From the NCBI GenBank assembly GCA_963693055.1, contig OY843751.1, positions 4,576,001-4,640,000 on the forward strand: a stretch of DNA of 64,000 bases, read 5' to 3'. This document shows, piece by piece, positions 60,031 to 64,000 of the stretch; positions within the stretch are counted from its first letter, which is position 1, and the number at the start of each line of letters is the position of its first letter. Origin of the DNA: a bacterium (GTDB lineage: Bacteria > Zhuqueibacterota > Zhuqueibacteria > Residuimicrobiales > Krinioviventaceae). The notes below the pieces were generated by a model. That model searched no databases, was not told the origin of the DNA, and saw only the letters and a program-made list of their open reading frames with translations. The translations under genes and the position numbers were made by a program.

Positions 60031-62241
60031 TTATTTTCGCAGTATCATACCGCTTGAAGGTGGTATTGTCAGAGATTTTACCTTGATGTCACAAATAGGT
60101 TGGGTGCCCGCGTATTCATGATCTACAACAAGGCACCAGTCTCCTTTGAGAAGATCAACAGCAATACTTTTTTCAGTATTACCATTCAGATATACCAAAA
60201 AATCATTCGTATCACCGGTTTCTGCCTTGTGGAACATGCAACTCACAAACAAAGGATCAGGATGTTCAAAAAACTCTATATTTTCTTCATCACTTTTCCG
60301 AAAAACAGGGTGCTCATGTCTTAAACTTATCAGACCTTTATAATAATCAAAAAGCTCACGATTGATCTCTGCATGTTCAAAATTGATCCAGTTGGTCTCA
60401 TTGTCCTTGTTATAGCTGTTGTGATCAATCCTGCCCATGTGGCTATCAGGAACAAGCGTGGGAGCAATCACCTTGCTGCGAGCAAATTCTTGTCCCTCGC
60501 TGATCATTACAGGCCCCTGACATATCATAAGGATCAATGCACCAAACTTGTTCAATGTCAGTTGTTCAGGCGTCAATAATACCTGATTCGGTGTTCCCGC
60601 AACTACCTTATCATAAAAGGCTTGCCTTAGCCCCAGCCTTACAAAATCACCAAAAGTGTGATCATCATGAGATTCTAGATAGTTAATTGAATGACGTTTG
60701 TCCTGAAACAAACCACCATTATTAACAAGATTTCCGGTTATATATCGTTGTATGGTACTTTTATTATTAAATTCAAAATAATGTCCAAAAATATAGCCCA
60801 AACCATTATCCGGATTTTGGCCTTTTACACCATTCCTCACCTGATCGTTCCAGGCGGCCCAGCCATGTTCAGAAAATTCGGAAGGATTGTAATATCCGCC
60901 ACCCCAGGGTTCAGCTATCAAATGTACGTTTGGATTTATTTTAGTTGCTTCCTCACGGATCAGATCCACAGTTTCCATATCAATCATGGCCGCCAGATCG
61001 AATCTAAAACCATCAATATGATATTCACGCATCCAATACTTTATACAGTCCACAATCATTTTACGCGACATGGCGCGTTCTGTCTTGAAATCATTACCGC
61101 AGCCGCTTGCCGAACAATAGCTGTTATCATCATTCAACCGGAAATAATAGTGTTTATCAATATGCTTGAATGGATTTCGATCATATTGTGAGACATGATT
61201 AAAAACAACATCCAGAATAACTGCAATACCGTCCTTATGGCATGCTTTTACAACCTCTTTAAACTCGGAAACCTGTTTACCATCTAATCCATTGACGTTT
61301 CCTTCTATCATTGTTCCATTGGAAGCATAATAAGATTCAGGAGCAAAAAAATAAGAGGTCATATACCCCCAGTGATTACGGGCATAAGGATTCCAGGTAT
61401 TGGTACTGCCATTTAAATTCTTACCATAAGGATGCTCCATATTACCAAACTCTTGCAATGGCAAAAATTCTACAGTATTCATGCCCAAAGACTTTATATA
61501 CTCTAATCCACCTTTAATTCCAGATTGGATAAAGCCTTTATAACTGCCTTTTATTTTCTCATCCACGCCAGAACTTTTATGCGCTGTCATGTCACGCAGA
61601 TGGCATTCATAGATCATTAAATCTTCAGGAGCAATAGAAACAGGCTTGTCGTTTTCCCAGTCAAATTCATCCGTTTCCATTATCAGCGATTTACCGGGAT
61701 GTAAATACTCATTACGCGTAGCCACTACTTTGCTATATGGATCACAAATCAGAGTGTTTGCATCAAAATATTCCATTCCGTCAACCGGTCGGTCCAGTTT
61801 ATATCCATAAAAGTAGCCTAAATAGTTACCCGGTAAACGGACTTCCCAAACGCCATCGCTATGACGATGCATTTCATGCACCGCACCTTTTTGCTGTTCA
61901 AAAGTCTCAAACAGTTCGAGTTTTACCCACTTGGCACGGGGGGCAAATACTCGAAAAAAAGTCTCACGATGGTCCCAAAAGCATCCCAATTCACTGGCAG
62001 AATAAATCCGGTCAAAAACATCACCGGTTTCCACCAATATTTGATTACCTTTGAATTTTAATTTATATGTTGTTGCTAAATTTATTGATTCTGTACGTAA
62101 AACAATTGCATCATCACGGTTCTCAATTGAAAATATTTTCAAACCAGGTGCAAAAACAAAATCCTGTACTTTACACTCGGGTATTTCATCAGCAAAATAA
62201 ATCCAAATTTGGTCAAAATCTTGTATTTTGGCAGTCATCAC
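60031..62241 (-). CDS. pulA: Type I pullulanase-like GH13 debranching enzyme
   Basis: FRVFAP, IYECHLRD, WGYM, LDVVFNH, DGFRFDL, AEPW, NYLESHDD, HNSYN. Confidence 0.88.
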   Translation of the reverse strand: MMTAKIQDFDQIWIYFADEIPECKVQDFVFAPGLKIFSIENRDDAIVLRTESINLATTYKLKFKGNQILVETGDVFDRIYSASELGCFWDHRETFFRVFAPRAKWVKLELFETFEQQKGAVHEMHRHSDGVWEVRLPGNYLGYFYGYKLDRPVDGMEYFDANTLICDPYSKVVATRNEYLHPGKSLIMETDEFDWENDKPVSIAPEDLMIYECHLRDMTAHKSSGVDEKIKGSYKGFIQSGIKGGLEYIKSLGMNTVEFLPLQEFGNMEHPYGKNLNGSTNTWNPYARNHWGYMTSYFFAPESYYASNGTMIEGNVNGLDGKQVSEFKEVVKACHKDGIAVILDVVFNHVSQYDRNPFKHIDKHYYFRLNDDNSYCSASGCGNDFKTERAMSRKMIVDCIKYWMREYHIDGFRFDLAAMIDMETVDLIREEATKINPNVHLIAEPWGGGYYNPSEFSEHGWAAWNDQVRNGVKGQNPDNGLGYIFGHYFEFNNKSTIQRYITGNLVNNGGLFQDKRHSINYLESHDDHTFGDFVRLGLRQAFYDKVVAGTPNQVLLTPEQLTLNKFGALILMICQGPVMISEGQEFARSKVIAPTLVPDSHMGRIDHNSYNKDNETNWINFEHAEINRELFDYYKGLISLRHEHPVFRKSDEENIEFFEHPDPLFVSCMFHKAETGDTNDFLVYLNGNTEKSIAVDLLKGDWCLVVDHEYAGTQPICDIKVKSLTIPPSSGMILRK

Positions 62242-62343
62242 TCGCTATTTCTTTCTCTTAATCGATTTCAATTATTGAACCTCTGAAAAACACACATCAA
62301 TTCCGTAATTCCAAATGTAATCAATTTCAAATCTAAATGCAAT

Positions 62344-62832
62344 CTACTTGATTGTCAGTCCACAAGTTGTTTTACTATTTTCAGCAAACAACTCGTAATC
62401 TCTTGACAATAAAGAATCCATTCTTTCTATAAGCAAAAATCTTTCCAAAAGTTTTTCACCCAGCTCCCATGCGATGGCTTCGAAAGCAACTTTTTGCTCT
62501 CCTTTATCTATAGCTAACAGTTTATTGAATTCAGTCAGATTATCATCTTTTTTGTATGCTAACCATTGTAAAACATGGCCCGCTTCATGGAAGAGGAAAA
62601 ACAGAGCGTTACGCAAATCAAAACTGTCAGGATCATAATACACAACGATGGAATGTAATGGAGTATTGGGCGGATAATGCCAGGCTGTATTTTTTTGTAC
62701 CGGTACCAATTGAATTGACAAATCAGAAATTTCATCCCAGCATAAAAACGCTTTTGCCGATTTTAATGTAGAAAATGAGACCATAGCACCATCCGGATTA
62801 TCTTGCAAGCACCATCTTTTTAACCGATTCAA
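62344..62832 (-). CDS. Hypothetical protein with HExxH motif
   Basis: LFHEAGH...FEAIAW; start uncertain because it overlaps the upstream gene. Confidence 0.55.
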   Translation of the reverse strand: MNRLKRWCLQDNPDGAMVSFSTLKSAKAFLCWDEISDLSIQLVPVQKNTAWHYPPNTPLHSIVVYYDPDSFDLRNALFFLFHEAGHVLQWLAYKKDDNLTEFNKLLAIDKGEQKVAFEAIAWELGEKLLERFLLIERMDSLLSRDYELFAENSKTTCGLTIK

Positions 62833-64000
62833 AACTGTTCGTTGTTAAACGATAAAAATAGACACCATTCCCTACACTATGCCCCAATACATCCGTACCG
62901 TCCCATTGTACCGCATAATGTCCCGCTGATTGCTCTCTGTCAATCAGGCTGATCACATGCTGTCCCAATACATTATATACATCCAGATTCACATGGGTAT
63001 TTTTCGCAATGGAATATTCAATCTGTGTCTGCGGATTAAATGGATTGGGGAAATTCTGCAACAATTCAAAAGATTCAGGTAATTGAGCAGATTGTGTATC
63101 AACTATTCCAGGCAATGGCGGTGTTTCGCCCCATGTTTGCGCAAAAGATTTTCTTAAAACCGAAGGTCTGAACCTCTCTTTATCACCAAGAGAGGATTGT
63201 GTTGAAATGGTAATCTCGCAATTTTCCTGTACCGCAAACCAATACGCCTTGCCAGGTTCAATAACATCAGTAAAAGTATAAGCAAAACGGACAGGGTCCC
63301 AGGCCCAAATATCTGCGACTGCGCCTGCCGGTTCTACTTGAATTTGAGAAAGTGGGACCGGTTCCGAAACTGAACCCAGTAAATTCCATCCTGTCTCACA
63401 CTGCACTGTTAAAGCATGAATAGGTACACCCGGCACTACCAGCGTACCTGCCTGCTCTGGCTTTACCCAAAATCCACTGACACTGTCAGTTTTATCGTTT
63501 TTAATAAATAATAAATTTTCGGTATCCAGCGTCAACCAGTCATTAACCTTCGGAAACAAAGCTTCAATATCATAACTCTCACAATATAACGGTAGTGAGA
63601 TCAACTGCCATTCAGGGATATCAAAATTATATTGAAATTCTATACATCCCCCGCCACCGGTAGCGCCCATATCATTGACAAGGCCTCCTAATCCAGGTAA
63701 AAAAGTTGTATTATCATAAACGGGATCCGGTACATCGTAATAAACCGGTGAGGGGTTTCCGGCATCTATACAGGGAGAAAAGAGCGATAAATGGTAATCC
63801 AAAGAATCCGCATAATCAGGATCATCAGCAATATTACCGAGGTTCCACAAAAGGTGATTATCGGGGGGGTCTTCAAAAAATATCCAATCCTCTGTTGTAT
63901 CTATACAACTGTAATTAAATTCAATCTCGTTAGCAACCGTTCCCCTGTCCATAAAAAAATTATGCCCGTAACGCCCCTCACTGCTACCGGCAATACAGTT
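62798..64000 (-). CDS. Secreted protein with C-terminal sorting tail (5' end outside the window)
   Basis: Frame is open to the window edge; DYHLSLFSPCIDAGNP, DMGATGG, GWNLLG, QNFPNPFNPQT, WDGTD..GNGVYFY. Confidence 0.85.
   Translation of the reverse strand, partial: NCIAGSSEGRYGHNFFMDRGTVANEIEFNYSCIDTTEDWIFFEDPPDNHLLWNLGNIADDPDYADSLDYHLSLFSPCIDAGNPSPVYYDVPDPVYDNTTFLPGLGGLVNDMGATGGGGCIEFQYNFDIPEWQLISLPLYCESYDIEALFPKVNDWLTLDTENLLFIKNDKTDSVSGFWVKPEQAGTLVVPGVPIHALTVQCETGWNLLGSVSEPVPLSQIQVEPAGAVADIWAWDPVRFAYTFTDVIEPGKAYWFAVQENCEITISTQSSLGDKERFRPSVLRKSFAQTWGETPPLPGIVDTQSAQLPESFELLQNFPNPFNPQTQIEYSIAKNTHVNLDVYNVLGQHVISLIDREQSAGHYAVQWDGTDVLGHSVGNGVYFYRLTTNSFESVKKMVLAR

Noticed and set aside
62300-62345. 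Weak period-6 pattern tcaatt-tcaaat-ctaaat-gcaatc
   Set aside because: Too short and AT-rich, with no inverted partner found; may be chance

Overview
Bacterial genomic window with no rRNA, tRNA, CRISPR array or transposase that I can recognise. Five secreted proteins carry NYPNPFN-type C-terminal sorting tails and many genes have clear Shine-Dalgarno sites, which suggests a KSB1/Calditrichota-like FCB-group organism (inference). Positions 1-22.5 kb hold one minus-strand operon: a membrane-fusion protein, a small four-helix-bundle (IVP/Avd-like) gene, one ABC ATPase and at least nine divergent ~790-aa MacB/FtsX-type permeases. It has a sigma54 promoter with two palindromic upstream sites and faces a divergent NtrC-type two-component system. 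The most unusual signal is non-coding. Most spacers of this operon carry inverted arrays of 3-6 (typically 5) heptamers with exact 7-bp periodicity (NNTCAGT...ACTGANN), starting right after stop codons. Five copies are empty hairpins, one encloses the four-helix-bundle gene, and a second heptamer type pairs across about 4.9 kb to bracket two permease genes in nested fashion. A second periodic inverted-repeat family (8-9 bp period) and a REP-like palindrome flank the secreted-protein and GH2 genes at 26-36.6 kb. The remainder encodes a MerR/MFS pair, an orphan histidine kinase, duplicated beta-barrel and NIPSNAP genes, an amber-interrupted PaaK-like gene, a secreted pentaheme cytochrome, a decayed Kelch/DUF4270/outer-membrane locus, a frameshifted DUF433/DUF5615 toxin-antitoxin pair, an anaerobic sulfatase maturase, an M20 peptidase and a pullulanase. 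All family assignments come from motif recognition; no database search was run.
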